Shown here in pieces: positions 48,749 to 59,143 of a DNA stretch of 64,000 nucleotides. Made by a program: the position numbers and the translations under genes. This DNA is from an uncultured Verrucomicrobiota bacterium (GTDB lineage Bacteria > Verrucomicrobiota > Verrucomicrobiia > Limisphaerales > UBA8199). Location: contig CAZZFF010000019.1 of assembly GCA_964653485.1 (NCBI GenBank), positions 1,219-65,218 of the forward strand. Reading direction: 5' to 3'. How positions within the stretch are numbered: position 1 is the first letter of the stretch; the number at the start of each line of letters is the position of its first letter. The notes under the pieces are model-generated. The model was not told the DNA's origin. It did no database searches and worked only from the letters and a program-made list of their open reading frames with translations.

Positions 48749-50296
48749 ATGACAGGGAGACGAATGGACTGCGATAGCGAGGCCATCATGCGGCAGAGAT
48801 TCAGACTCTTGAGGCCCGTGCTGGCGCTGATGGTGCTGGCGTTTGTTGCGGCGCCCGTTGGCGGCTGGGCGCAGGGGGAGCGGAAGGAGTATCGGTCGGC
48901 ATGGGAGCACTCAATCGTGACGGTGGAGGTGGCGCGGAAGCAGTACGACTATTATCAGCCCTGGAGCAAGGGCACGCGAGGGCTGCAGAAGGCCGGTTTG
49001 GTCGCAGGGGAGCGGGAGGTGCTGACGACAGCCGACGAGATGTTCGAGCGCACGCTGGTGCGGCTCCAGAAGGGGGGACGTGGGCGCTGGTGGATAGGAG
49101 AAGTGAAGTGGGTTGATTATCACGCGAACCTGGCGCTGGTCACCACGCCGGAGGCGGACTTTTGGCGTGACTTGAAGCCGGCGGCCCTCGGCAGCGCGGC
49201 GCCCGCCGAAGGGGCGATGCAGATTCTGCGGTGGCGCGAGGGAAACCTCGAAGATCGGCGGGCGGAGTTTACCCAGTTTTCAGTGCGCGAGGGCCAGCTA
49301 AGCCCAATCAATCAGGCGGTCCTCGAGGTCAGTTCCGACATACAGGGAGCGGGATGGGGGGAACCGGTGGTGGTCAATTCACATCTGGCGGGGCTGCTGA
49401 CGGCGCAGGAAGGGCGCAACGCCTATGCGATGCCGGCCTCCTTCATCCAGGCCGTGCTGGAAGCCCGGCGCAAGGGGACGTACCGCGGTCTGGGCTATTT
49501 CCATTTCTATTGGCAGCCGGGGAAGAACCCGGCGACCCTGGCCATGCTCGGCCTGACGGGCGAACCGCGCGGCGTCGTGGTCATCGACGTGCCGGCCCGC
49601 CCGGATGACGGGGAGCAGGTGCTCAAGCCCAGGGACATCCTCCTGAATGTCGACGGCTTCGACGTGGACATCCAGGGGGACTACACCGACCCGGAATTCG
49701 GCCACCTGAACCTGGAGAGCCTGGCGACCCGGCGCAAGTGGGCCGGGGAGGAGATGAAGATGCAAATCTGGCGCGAGGGCAAGCCGATGGAGGTGAGCTA
49801 TCGTCTGCCGAAGTACGAATACGGCAACGCCCTGGTGCCCTGGGCGGTCCACGACCAGGAACCGGAATATTTGATTGTGGGAGGGCTGATCTTCCAACCG
49901 TTGACGGACAGTTACCTCCAGAGCTGGGGAGCCGACTGGAAACGCGCCGCGCCGTTCCGGCTTTACTACTATAACAACGAGCAGCCGACCAAGGAACGCC
50001 CGGCCTTGGTGCTGCTTTCCCATGTGCTGCCGGATGCCTACAACATCGGCTATCAGGACCAGAAGTACCTCGTGCTCGACAAGGTCAACGGACAACGGGC
50101 CAGCCGCCTGTCCGAGCTGCGCGAGGCCCTGCAAAAACCCGTAAACGGGTTCCACGTCCTCGAGTTTGTCCATGGGGACTCATTACGCCGCATCGTGCTG
50201 GCCGCGGGGGATGCCGAGCGGGAGGCTACCGCACGGGTGCTGCAACATTACGGGATCGAGCGGGCCTCCCGGTTTGCGTCCGAGACGGGAAAGTAG
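48749..50296 (+). CDS. Paralogous Deg-like protein lacking the catalytic triad (pseudoprotease) with PDZ domains
   Basis: TTADEM for TNAHVV, YHANLALV for DCDLAVL, IQGAGWGEP for INPGNSGGP; PDZ parts conserved (PEYLIVGGLIFQPLTDSYL). Confidence 0.8.
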   Translation: MTGRRMDCDSEAIMRQRFRLLRPVLALMVLAFVAAPVGGWAQGERKEYRSAWEHSIVTVEVARKQYDYYQPWSKGTRGLQKAGLVAGEREVLTTADEMFERTLVRLQKGGRGRWWIGEVKWVDYHANLALVTTPEADFWRDLKPAALGSAAPAEGAMQILRWREGNLEDRRAEFTQFSVREGQLSPINQAVLEVSSDIQGAGWGEPVVVNSHLAGLLTAQEGRNAYAMPASFIQAVLEARRKGTYRGLGYFHFYWQPGKNPATLAMLGLTGEPRGVVVIDVPARPDDGEQVLKPRDILLNVDGFDVDIQGDYTDPEFGHLNLESLATRRKWAGEEMKMQIWREGKPMEVSYRLPKYEYGNALVPWAVHDQEPEYLIVGGLIFQPLTDSYLQSWGADWKRAAPFRLYYYNNEQPTKERPALVLLSHVLPDAYNIGYQDQKYLVLDKVNGQRASRLSELREALQKPVNGFHVLEFVHGDSLRRIVLAAGDAEREATARVLQHYGIERASRFASETGK

Positions 50297-50509
50297 AGGG
50301 CGCTTGCCGGAGCCTGCCCTCGGAGACGGCATCGGGCAAGGCGCGCCCGGTATGACTTGGTGATCCCTTGCGCGCTTGACCCAAGGACGGATGAACGGAC
50401 CTTCCTATCCAACGCCTCCATCGCCCCCGCCGCTCTTCCGGTCAAGCCGGGGGTTTTTTGTGGAAGAAAAACCGTTACCTTTCGAGGCGGGCGAGGATGT
50501 ACAGGTGGA

Positions 50510-51682
50510 ATGATGATCGATGACATGGACTTGGTGCGGGAGTACGCGCGAAGCAACTCCGAGGAGGCGTTTGCCAGCCTGGTGTCCCGGCATGTCAACC
50601 TCGTTTATTCCGTTTCGCTGCGGCACGTTCATGACGCTCACCTGGCGGAGGAGGTCACTCAGACCGTCTTCGTCATCCTGGCGCGGAAGGCGGCGTCGTT
50701 CGGCGCCGGGACAGTGGTGTCCGGCTGGCTTTGCCGCACGGCCCGCTACGTATCCGCCAAAGCTCTAACCCTGCAACGCCGCCGAGCGCTCCGCGAACAG
50801 CAAGCCTATATGGAATCCCAATCGGACGGAGCAGAATCGGATGCCTGGATGCGCATCGAACCCCTGCTGGAGACAGCGATGGCGCAACTCGGCGAAAAGG
50901 ACCACAACGCCGTGGTGCTCCGCTTTTTTGAAGGCCGAAGCTTCAAGGACGTCAGCGCGGCCCTGGGGACGAGCGAAGCCGCGGCGAAGATGCGGGTGAA
51001 TCGGGCGTTGGAGAAGCTGAGGAGGTTCTTTGCGGCGCGGGGCCTCACGCTTTCAGCGGCGGTGATCGCGGGGGCGGTCTCGGCCAATTCAGTCCACGGC
51101 GCGCCGATTGGGCTGGCGGCCTCCGCAACGGCCGCGGCCGTCAAAGGCGCGACCGTAACGAGCTCAACCTTAACCCTCATCCAAACCACGCTGAAATTTA
51201 TGGCACTGACAAAACTCAAAACCGCCGTCGTCGTGGGCGCTCTTGCAATCATAGCCGCGGGCACCGCAACCGTCACGCTGCGGCACCTGATTGCGCCGGC
51301 CGGCGCCGCCAAGGCGACGCCCGATCCGTCACCCTTCACCTTTGCCGGCTACGCAACACCCGAAACCTCCATACAGTCGATGCTTTGGGCCGCCAGCAAG
51401 GGAGACTTGGAGAAACTCTCGGGCGGCGTCACCCCGGAGGAGATGAGGCGGTTCAAGGACAGAATGGAAGGGAAATCCGACGACGAGGTCCGGCATGGAC
51501 TCATCGGCTGGGCGAACGGGATGGTCGGCTATAAAGTCACCGAAAAGGAGGCCATATCGGGCGATGAAGTCCATCTGCACATCCACGCCACGCCGTCGGC
51601 TGAGGCGCTCCACAGCGGGAAAGTCGTCCTCGTCATGAAGAAAGTCGGGAACGAGTGGAAGGAAGCCGGAAACGCGAATTAA
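50510..51682 (+). CDS. ECF sigma factor with TM helix and C-terminal extension
   Basis: [66 protein letters not shown]; [16 protein letters not shown]. Confidence 0.88.
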   Translation: MMIDDMDLVREYARSNSEEAFASLVSRHVNLVYSVSLRHVHDAHLAEEVTQTVFVILARKAASFGAGTVVSGWLCRTARYVSAKALTLQRRRALREQQAYMESQSDGAESDAWMRIEPLLETAMAQLGEKDHNAVVLRFFEGRSFKDVSAALGTSEAAAKMRVNRALEKLRRFFAARGLTLSAAVIAGAVSANSVHGAPIGLAASATAAAVKGATVTSSTLTLIQTTLKFMALTKLKTAVVVGALAIIAAGTATVTLRHLIAPAGAAKATPDPSPFTFAGYATPETSIQSMLWAASKGDLEKLSGGVTPEEMRRFKDRMEGKSDDEVRHGLIGWANGMVGYKVTEKEAISGDEVHLHIHATPSAEALHSGKVVLVMKKVGNEWKEAGNAN

Positions 51683-51699
51683 GCCGGGGAAGCAAGAAC

Positions 51700-52353
51700 A
51701 TGAAGGCGAAGCGCGGCTTCACACTGATCGAGTTGCTGGTGGTCATCGCCATTGTCGGGGTCCTGGCGGCGCTCCTGCTGCCGGCGCTGAGCCGCGCCAA
51801 GGAAAAGGGGAGGCGGACCTCCTGCGCAAGCAACCTGCGGCAGGTCAACCTGGCGATACGCTTCTACGCGGAAGATTGGGCGGATTCGCTGCCGGTCTTG
51901 CCGGACCCCAACCCCTATCCCAACGGAGTCGGCGCGTATTACAAACAACTCGTGAAAGGGTATCTGGGATTAACCGGCCCAGCATCGCCCAATGAGAAAG
52001 TGTTCATCTGTCCGTCCGACCCGGTCCTCTGGAAACAAATAGGTCATGCGTTCACGAGTTACACCTTCAATGGCTACGAGGTCGGGCCGGGGGCCATTGC
52101 GCGCATTACGGGCCAACGGCTGAGCGCCATCAAGAGTCCGGCCAAGGCAGTGTTGGCCGGCGAGTGGCCCGCGTTTTTCGGGGGTTCCTGGCATCCGTTC
52201 ATCGATCGGGACTATCCCGACGCGAAAGATGTCCTGAGCTTTGTCGATGGGCACGCGAGCTTCGCCAGAATCTATTGGAACGGGGTGTCGGATTCCGACC
52301 CGTGCAGTTATGAGCCGCCAACCGGATACGACTACAACTGGGACGGGCAATGA
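51700..52353 (+). CDS. Prepilin-type N-terminal cleavage/methylation domain protein
   Basis: [34 protein letters not shown]...C.SNLRQ; C-terminal SFVDGHA. Confidence 0.9.
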   Translation: MKAKRGFTLIELLVVIAIVGVLAALLLPALSRAKEKGRRTSCASNLRQVNLAIRFYAEDWADSLPVLPDPNPYPNGVGAYYKQLVKGYLGLTGPASPNEKVFICPSDPVLWKQIGHAFTSYTFNGYEVGPGAIARITGQRLSAIKSPAKAVLAGEWPAFFGGSWHPFIDRDYPDAKDVLSFVDGHASFARIYWNGVSDSDPCSYEPPTGYDYNWDGQ

Positions 52354-52522
52354 TCACAAGGTCACAGCCCGCCCCGTCCGCACCGAAGCCCTCCCGCACG
52401 GGGTGCGCTTCGCCATTCTGCCGGGCCTCACGCGCGATGGTTACGCGCGACCATTTTGGCCCAAGCGTTGTGGTTAATCCGCTCCTCATCCTGCAAACGC
52501 TGGACCGCCATCTCGAGCAGTA

Positions 52523-53824
52523 TCAGAGCTTCGCCAGGCGCCCCCTCAATCCTTTGCTCACGGCCATAGGTATTTCTTCCGGAAAACCCTGCGGGAGTTC
52601 CTTCTCTGCCGCTGCGATAGCTTTATCCACGGAGTCAGCAACATCCTTGAGTGCATCCAGCGCTAGCGATTCCGGAAGACGGGCGCGTTTCACCGTTTGC
52701 ACGAAGTGTCGCCCTTCAATTTCATCAAGGCGGTAATGCCGGTTGTCCCCCACGAACATGGCCAACTTCATCTGCTTCCGCTCGATTTGGCGATGTTCCA
52801 AGCTGGGCTGAGCGGACAGAACATCGTATAAGGGAGTCAGGCGGAAACGTCCTCTTGGTCCCAGGAACAGGCTGAAGTTCTTGGCGTGTCCATCTGTCGC
52901 TCCAATCAACCAAAACAGAATCTGTGCTTTCAGGAAGGTCAGTTGGTCCTGCCGCGGGATATCTCCGCCCTTAAGCAGATCCAGAATGGCCACCACGCCC
53001 GGACCGTCCTGGCTCTGATACTTCTGACTGGGAGGCACCGAAAGCGCCTGGCAGCAATCCTCCTGCGGCAACCGAACCAATCGCCTGGAGGACATCCATT
53101 TCCGGTCGAATCGACTCACCACTAAGACCGTGCGGGGCCCGAATGTTGCGATCTCGGCGGTCGTGACGGGCAAACCGAACGCGCCCAGCAGCTTCAGGCA
53201 GTAAAACTCATTCTCCACGCTATTGGAGAGGTCCATGCCGTTGGGCAACGTCCCCATCTGTGTCTTGAGAATATGAGTGGTGGGAGTGGTGCCGTATGGT
53301 TTTATCCAATGATTGTCATGCCACGATAGCGCCGTCTTTTCCTGCGCGCCAGCCACGGAAATGCGGAACTCGGCCCTTCCGTCCAATCCCAGCGGGGTCT
53401 TGGGCAGGTTTTTCAAGAGCAACTCAATTCCTGTTTCGTCCATGACTTCTCCATCCAGGGGTGGAGCAGCCTTTGGCGGTTCCTCTCCTTCCGGCAGAAA
53501 TTGCAGAGCTCCCACACAATCGCGGCCGATTACGGACAGAAGGCTGTATGCGTCTGTTCCTCTTGCTCCCACTTTTTCTGCGACCATGCGGCGCAGGCTT
53601 TCCGAATCCGGCAGGAGGTTCTCGAAAACGGCTTGGACCGGCGCGCCTTTGAATGCATCTTCTCGCAGCGGAAGGGAAAGGGAGACCGGAATCGCATTCT
53701 CTCGATTTACCCAATTGGGATCATAACGAAAAGATATTACCCCCGACGGGTCCTTCACCAGAAGGCCGACGGCGTCGTTGGTCAGGAAAACTTGCAGTGG
53801 GGTGTTTTGGCGGTGGCGCGGCAT
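52523..53824 (-). CDS. hipA: HipA family Ser/Thr kinase toxin
   Basis: HipA N-terminal couple domain, RISVAGAQEKTAL, TTHILK, NEFYCL, RFDR, PQEDCCQAL, IGATDGHAKNFS, LTPLYDVLS. Confidence 0.95.
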   Translation of the reverse strand: MPRHRQNTPLQVFLTNDAVGLLVKDPSGVISFRYDPNWVNRENAIPVSLSLPLREDAFKGAPVQAVFENLLPDSESLRRMVAEKVGARGTDAYSLLSVIGRDCVGALQFLPEGEEPPKAAPPLDGEVMDETGIELLLKNLPKTPLGLDGRAEFRISVAGAQEKTALSWHDNHWIKPYGTTPTTHILKTQMGTLPNGMDLSNSVENEFYCLKLLGAFGLPVTTAEIATFGPRTVLVVSRFDRKWMSSRRLVRLPQEDCCQALSVPPSQKYQSQDGPGVVAILDLLKGGDIPRQDQLTFLKAQILFWLIGATDGHAKNFSLFLGPRGRFRLTPLYDVLSAQPSLEHRQIERKQMKLAMFVGDNRHYRLDEIEGRHFVQTVKRARLPESLALDALKDVADSVDKAIAAAEKELPQGFPEEIPMAVSKGLRGRLAKL

Positions 53825-53830
53825 GGTCGA

Positions 53831-54073
53831 TTACCTCTCGATGGTCCAGTCTCCAGTCGAACGTATCGACACCTGCAACTCCAAACCCAGCGCCGACAGG
53901 ACAGCGAGCAGAGTGTGAAGTTTAGTCGAAGCGTAGCCATTCTCAATCATCGAGATGTTCTCTTGGCGCAAACCAACCATGGACGCCAATTTCTTTTGAC
54001 TTAGCGCCTTCCGCTTCCGCGCATTGCGAATCAGATTCCCGATTTGCCTGGGGTCGCGAGCCAGTTCTTGCAT
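53831..54073 (-). CDS. hipB: HipB-like HTH antitoxin
   Basis: IRNARKRKALSQKKLASMVGLRQENISMIENG; directly upstream of hipA. Confidence 0.92.
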   Translation of the reverse strand: MQELARDPRQIGNLIRNARKRKALSQKKLASMVGLRQENISMIENGYASTKLHTLLAVLSALGLELQVSIRSTGDWTIER

Positions 54074-54085
54074 AGTTTGTTAGAG

Positions 54086-54157
54086 TATGTGTTTTTCGCA
54101 ATATATTGTCAATATCGTCTTTTCAACATATTGTATTATTATGCGGAAAAGCGCATA
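54086..54157. promoter_or_regulatory. Three HipB-type operators (TATnn-N8-nnATA) at exact 27-bp period
   Basis: TATGTGTTTTTCGCAATA (54086), TATCGTCTTTTCAACATA (54113), TATGCGGAAAAGCGCATA (54140); geometry of the E. coli TATCC-N8-GGATA operator. Confidence 0.75.
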
Positions 54158-54288
54158 AACCCCGCAGGTCAAGTCCCACTACCGGCCCTGCTCGCAGCCT
54201 GTGGCCATGCCCATATTAACGCGACTCGGATCGAAGGGGGCGCAACAGACTCCCTGGACGAAGCATCGAAGAACCTGCCGATGAAAGA

Positions 54289-54770
54289 TCAAAGGCCCAG
54301 CGCCAACTGCGCTCCCCCCGGCTTTCGGGAGGCCGCGGTGGAGAACTCGGGGCCACCCTCATGAAAACCCTCTTTCCGACGCGCGACGTGGAACATCCGC
54401 AAAATCTGTTCGGCGACAATCCCCTCGCCGGACATGCGCGTGCCGAAGCGCGGATCGTTAAGCCTTCCCCCGCGTATGCGGCGCAGCCGGTTCAACACCT
54501 TGTCCGTCTTCCCTGGAACGTTCCGCTCGATCCATTCCACGAAAATCGGAGCGACCGTCAAGGGAAGCCGGATGATATCACCAGCGCGGCATGGTGCGCC
54601 GCCAGTTCCCTAAGCAAGTCCAGGTCTCGTCTGACGAGGGAGTTTTTAGTGACGATGCTGACAGGGTTTCGAAACTCCGCCAGAGCCGCCAAACACCACC
54701 GGGTCAGTTGCAACTTCTGCTCGATGGGCTGGCAGCAGTCGGTCGCACCGCTCATTGCCAGCTTTTGGAG
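54289..54770 (-). pseudogene. PA0069/Rv2578c-like radical SAM gene remnant A (internal deletion and frameshift)
   Basis: QKLAMSGATDCCQPIEQKLQLTR...FRNPVSIVTKNSLVRRDLDLL, then jumps to IRLPLTVAPIFVEW...LNDPRFGTRMSGEG. Confidence 0.85.
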
Positions 54771-54942
54771 TTTTCGTGTTCGGTCACCAACAGAGGCCAG
54801 GCCGGTGTCCCTTGCCCTTTGGCGAGGCGGGGTTATAGTCCAGAAAACTCTTTTGTGGATAAGTCGTATTTGTGCAAAACGGGCCGCGCCGGCGGCCGTG
54901 AACAGCAATGCGGCCATGTCATCGTCCTGCTGCCCATGACCA

Positions 54943-56769
54943 TTGGCCGCCGATCACCAGAGGATCATGTGGCGACGATTGACGGCGAGTAATGGATGGA
55001 AGTTTTTTGTCGTGCTGGGGCGTGCCGATGGGGCGCTGGCGTGGGCGTGGTGGAGTGTACTGGTAACGCGGGGGGTACTGCCGGCGGCTTTCGCCATCTC
55101 CATGGGTGTGCTGGTGGGCGCCGTGAACCGAGGCGCTCCCCTGGGGGGCCCGCTTGCATTTGCCGGCGTCGTATTCGTCCTGCTCCAGGTGCTCCCGCCG
55201 TTGCACCAGGTGATCGGGGCCAATCTCGGCAGCCAGGCCGCCGCCTGGCTTTACAGCGAATTGACCACGGCCTGCGTGTGTCCCCCCGGCCTGGGGCATT
55301 TGGAGGATCCCAGCCTGGCGACGGACCTGACGATGGGGCGCGATTTCGACCTGGGTATCAGCGGGCCGCCCCTGTCCATCTCGATGGGTTTCATTGCGTC
55401 CGGCCTCGTGGAAATGGTAGGCGGTCTGACCTCAGCGGCGGTGCTCGGCGCTTACCGCTGGTGGGCGCCTTTGGTGCTGGCGGGGGCCTGGCTGGCAACG
55501 CACTGGCTCCTGCGGGAGAGCGCGGTTTGGAAGGATCGCAACACGGAGGAGGTGCGCCAGGCGCAACGGCACGCCGACTATGCCTACCGGTTGGCGGTGG
55601 ACCCGCCAGCCGCCAAGGAGCTACGACTTTTCGGACTCGCGAGCTGGGTCGTGGACCGGTTCAGGGCCCGGCGGCGGCGGCTGGTCGAGTTGCAGTGGGA
55701 AGCCACGCGACTGCGCGAGCGGCCGGTGCTGTGGAGTCTGCTGCTGGTGCTCGGGGCCAATCTGCTGGTATTCGCGGCGCTGGCGACGGATGCTGCGGCG
55801 GGCAGGCTCGAACTGGCCCGGCTGGTAACGTTCGCCGGTGCGGCGGTGGGCACCAGCATGGTAGCCTTCGGGGGCCTGTCCTGGGCGCTCGATGGCGCGG
55901 CGGCGCCGGCCACTGCGGTTCTGCGCCTGCAGGACTCCATGAAGCCGGCCGGATCGCTGTCCTTGGGCAAGCGCGGGGCGGCGGGTATGCCGGCGCGCCA
56001 TGTGCGGTTCCGCGATCTGAGCTTCGCGTATCCCCGCAGCAGCCGACCGGTGCTCGATGGGTTCGATCTGTCCATCCCGGCGGGCACGTCGTTGGCCATT
56101 GTGGGCCGAAACGGCGCGGGCAAGACGACCCTGGCGAAATTGCTTTGCCGGCTGTACGACCCCGGCAGCGGCGCCATCGAGATCGATGGAGTGGATTTGC
56201 GGGAGCTCGAGCTGGAAGGATGGCGAGCACGGCTCGCCGCGGTTTACCAGGACTTCGCTCGCTTCGAATTGCCGTTGCGCGACAATGTGGCGCCTGGAGG
56301 CGCGCCAGAGGAGGTCATCCGGGAGGCGCTCGCGCAAGCCGGGGCCGCCGATCTGGCGGGCCTGGACACGCCGCTGTCGAAGGGATATCCGGGCGGAACG
56401 GATTTGTCAGGGGGCCAGTGGCAGCGGATTGCTCTGGCCCGAGCCATGTGCGCGGTGAAACTTGGGGCGGGGCTGGTACTGCTCGACGAACCGACGGCCC
56501 AGTTGGACGTTCGCGGAGAAGCGGAGATCTTCGATCGCATCCTCAAGGCGACCCGGCACACGACGACCATTCTCATCTCGCACCGGTTTTCGACGGTGCG
56601 GCACGCCGACCGGATTTGCGTGATCCAGGAGGGACGGGTGGCGGAACTGGGGAGCCACGAGGAGTTGATGGCGCTGGGCGGACGCTACCGGAGGATGTTC
56701 GACCTCCAGGCCTCGCGCTTCAATGGCAGCGCCGATGAGGCAGAGGAGGCTCCCAATGCAGCCGGCTGA
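54943..56769 (+). CDS. ABC exporter half (TMD+NBD)
   Basis: TM domain; GRNGAGKT, LSGGQWQ, LLDEP, SHR. Confidence 0.92.
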   Translation: MAADHQRIMWRRLTASNGWKFFVVLGRADGALAWAWWSVLVTRGVLPAAFAISMGVLVGAVNRGAPLGGPLAFAGVVFVLLQVLPPLHQVIGANLGSQAAAWLYSELTTACVCPPGLGHLEDPSLATDLTMGRDFDLGISGPPLSISMGFIASGLVEMVGGLTSAAVLGAYRWWAPLVLAGAWLATHWLLRESAVWKDRNTEEVRQAQRHADYAYRLAVDPPAAKELRLFGLASWVVDRFRARRRRLVELQWEATRLRERPVLWSLLLVLGANLLVFAALATDAAAGRLELARLVTFAGAAVGTSMVAFGGLSWALDGAAAPATAVLRLQDSMKPAGSLSLGKRGAAGMPARHVRFRDLSFAYPRSSRPVLDGFDLSIPAGTSLAIVGRNGAGKTTLAKLLCRLYDPGSGAIEIDGVDLRELELEGWRARLAAVYQDFARFELPLRDNVAPGGAPEEVIREALAQAGAADLAGLDTPLSKGYPGGTDLSGGQWQRIALARAMCAVKLGAGLVLLDEPTAQLDVRGEAEIFDRILKATRHTTTILISHRFSTVRHADRICVIQEGRVAELGSHEELMALGGRYRRMFDLQASRFNGSADEAEEAPNAAG

Positions 56770-58627
56770 CGACATGCCCCGCGCCATGCCGTCGATGTGG
56801 CGCGCCTTGAAGCGCGGCCTCGACACCGAACCGCGGCTGCTGCCCGTGGCCTTCGGCCTGTCACTGCTCGCCGCGCTGCCTGACGCCCTCATCGCGCTAT
56901 GGCTCAAGCTGATGGCGGACGGGGTGCTGGGCGGCGATGGCCGGCGGGTTATGGGCGCCGCTCTCGGGCTGGCTGCATCCACCGTCGGCACGTGGTTCCT
57001 GCGGGTCGTGAGTGATCGCGCCCAGCGCCGGTTTCGGGACCGTCTGACGATTGCTCTGGAGTCTCACGTGGCCCATTTGCAGGCCTCGGTGATGACCATC
57101 GCCCACCAGGAAAGTCCGGAGTACCTCGACCGGTTGGCGATGCTGCGTGACCACGTCTTTGTCCTGGACCACATGTACATGTCCTTGTTTTCCACGTGTG
57201 GCTGGGTCCTGAGGCTGGCGGTCACGTTGCTCCTGCTGGTTTCAATTCATCCGGTGCTGGGACTGCTGGCCGCCATTGCCTTGCCGACGGTTTGGACCTC
57301 GGTTTGGCGCCCCGGGGTGGAGCGGGCGGCCGAGCAGCGGGGCGCCGCGGCCCGCCGTTTGGCCCGCCACCTGTTCGAGATGGCGACCACCGCAGCGCCA
57401 GGCAAGGATGTGCGCACGGCACGCATCGGCGCCTGGTTGGCGGGGAAGCGGCGGGCGGCTTGGGATGAGTGGTACCGAGGGGTGTCCAGCGCGCGATGGG
57501 GGAGCGCGATTTGGCTTGTAGCCGCCTGGGCCCTCTTCGCGGGCGGATTCGTGGGAGCGGTCGTTTTTGTTTCCGCCGTTTTGCATGCCACCGCGGCGCA
57601 GGTGCTGCTGGTGCTCGCGGCAGGCTCGCGCCTGTCGGCCTACATCGGCGCGACGGTGGGGGAGATTGGCTTCCTGCGGGGCTTCTGGCTGGAAGGATCG
57701 CGCCGGCTTGCGTGGCTGGAGGACTATGCGCGGGCGATCGGGGAGCAAGCCGACGCGCCGGCGCCGAAGCGGCTGACGCGGGGCCTTCGGCTGGAGCAGG
57801 TCAGCTTCGCCTACCCGGGCAGCGAGCGGCGGGCGCTGGAGGATGTCAACCTGGACCTGCCGGCGGGCAGCGTGGTGGCCCTGGTGGGCGAAAACGGGGC
57901 GGGCAAAAGCACGCTGGTCAAGCTGTTGTGCCGCATGTACCAGCCCGATTCCGGCCGAATACTCGTCGACGGGGTGGACCTGGCCCGCATACCTGCCGAG
58001 GAATGGCGCTCCCGGTTGGCCGGCGCCTTTCAAGACTTTTTCAAATTTGAGTTTCGGGCGCGTCATACGGTGGGGCTGGGTGACATTCCGCGGCTTGAGG
58101 ACGAGCCCGCTGTGGCGGGGGCGATCTCGCGCGCCGGCGCGGGCGATGCCATCGACGCAATGAAGGCCGGCCTTGAGACGCAACTCGGCGCAACCTGGCC
58201 GGAAGGGGTCGACGTCAGTTTCGGCCAGTGGCAGAAGCTTGCGCTGGCGCGGGGTTTCATGCGGGAGCATCCGCTCTTGCTCGTCCTGGACGAACCGACC
58301 GCGGCGCTCGATGCCGAGACTGAGCATGCCCTTTTTGAGCGTTATGCGGCGGCGGCGCGGGGAGGCCGCGTTGGGGACGGCGCGCTTGATGACGCCGATG
58401 GCCGGATAATCCTGCTGGTCTCCCACCGTTTCAGCACCGTGCGCATGGCGGACCTGATCGTTGTCATCGAGGGCGCCCGGGTGGTGGAGGTGGGGAACCA
58501 TGAAACGTTGGTCGCCAAAGGAGGAACCTATGCTGAGCTCTACGCAATTCAGGCGGCGGCGTATCGTCAACGGAAGCCGAACTCCAGACCAATTGGGAGC
58601 GCCGCCGTAACCACTCCGGCGACGTGA
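56756..58627 (+). CDS. ABC exporter half (TMD+NBD) with degenerate signature motif
   Basis: GENGAGKS, VSFGQWQ (degenerate), VLDEP, SHR; start ATG 56756 overlaps the partner gene. Confidence 0.92.
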   Translation: MQPADDMPRAMPSMWRALKRGLDTEPRLLPVAFGLSLLAALPDALIALWLKLMADGVLGGDGRRVMGAALGLAASTVGTWFLRVVSDRAQRRFRDRLTIALESHVAHLQASVMTIAHQESPEYLDRLAMLRDHVFVLDHMYMSLFSTCGWVLRLAVTLLLLVSIHPVLGLLAAIALPTVWTSVWRPGVERAAEQRGAAARRLARHLFEMATTAAPGKDVRTARIGAWLAGKRRAAWDEWYRGVSSARWGSAIWLVAAWALFAGGFVGAVVFVSAVLHATAAQVLLVLAAGSRLSAYIGATVGEIGFLRGFWLEGSRRLAWLEDYARAIGEQADAPAPKRLTRGLRLEQVSFAYPGSERRALEDVNLDLPAGSVVALVGENGAGKSTLVKLLCRMYQPDSGRILVDGVDLARIPAEEWRSRLAGAFQDFFKFEFRARHTVGLGDIPRLEDEPAVAGAISRAGAGDAIDAMKAGLETQLGATWPEGVDVSFGQWQKLALARGFMREHPLLLVLDEPTAALDAETEHALFERYAAAARGGRVGDGALDDADGRIILLVSHRFSTVRMADLIVVIEGARVVEVGNHETLVAKGGTYAELYAIQAAAYRQRKPNSRPIGSAAVTTPAT

Positions 58628-58775
58628 CGGCTCGACAGTCCAACAGATGTGACGGATGCGTCTTGGTCCCCCGGCGATGGGGCCTGCGCTATGCCTCCCA
58701 GGGTCATGGTGGTCTTCCGCCGCCGATTCCTCGCGGAGTCGGTTCAACGATTCACGGTTGGAGTTCCAACGTCAA

Positions 58776-59030
58776 CTACGGCCCTTCCGGCTTCTGGAAG
58801 GCCGCAACCGACAACGCGGGTCCATGCTCCGCAAGGCCCACTTTGCGGCGGGCGATGTGGAACATTTGGGAGAGCTGGTTGGCAAATATCCTCCTCCCCG
58901 TCATCCGCAACCCGAAGCGCGGGTCGTTGTGACGATGCCCACTGGGTTGCGGAATTCGACCAGAACCGCCAGCCATCGCCGGGTCAGTTGCGGTTTCCTC
59001 TCGATCGGCTGGTAGCAATCCGTCACGGCG
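58776..59030 (-). pseudogene. PA0069-like radical SAM gene remnant B
   Basis: VTDCYQPIERKPQLTRRWLAVLVEFRNPVGIVT joined to NDPRFGLRMTG...MFHIARRK. Confidence 0.8.
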
Positions 59031-59032
59031 AG

Positions 59033-59069
59033 AATGTGGCGTGGTTATGGCGCGGTCTCAAGCACGAAG
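59033..59069 (-). promoter_or_regulatory. Orphan second copy of the vapBC promoter/operator
   Basis: ttcgtgcttgagaccgcgccataaccacgccacattc, near-identical to 61303-61339. Confidence 0.7.
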
Positions 59070-59143
59070 GAAGAGGCGTGACCCCGGCAAGTTGGAAATA
59101 GCCCTGCGACCACGCAGGGAAACCACCAATGAGAGCCCAGGCA

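Noticed and set aside
52360-52520. Protein-like minus-strand fragment LLEMAVQRLQDEERINHNAWAKMVARNH downstream of hipA
   Set aside because: May be a gene remnant marking the island edge, but it is too short to assign.
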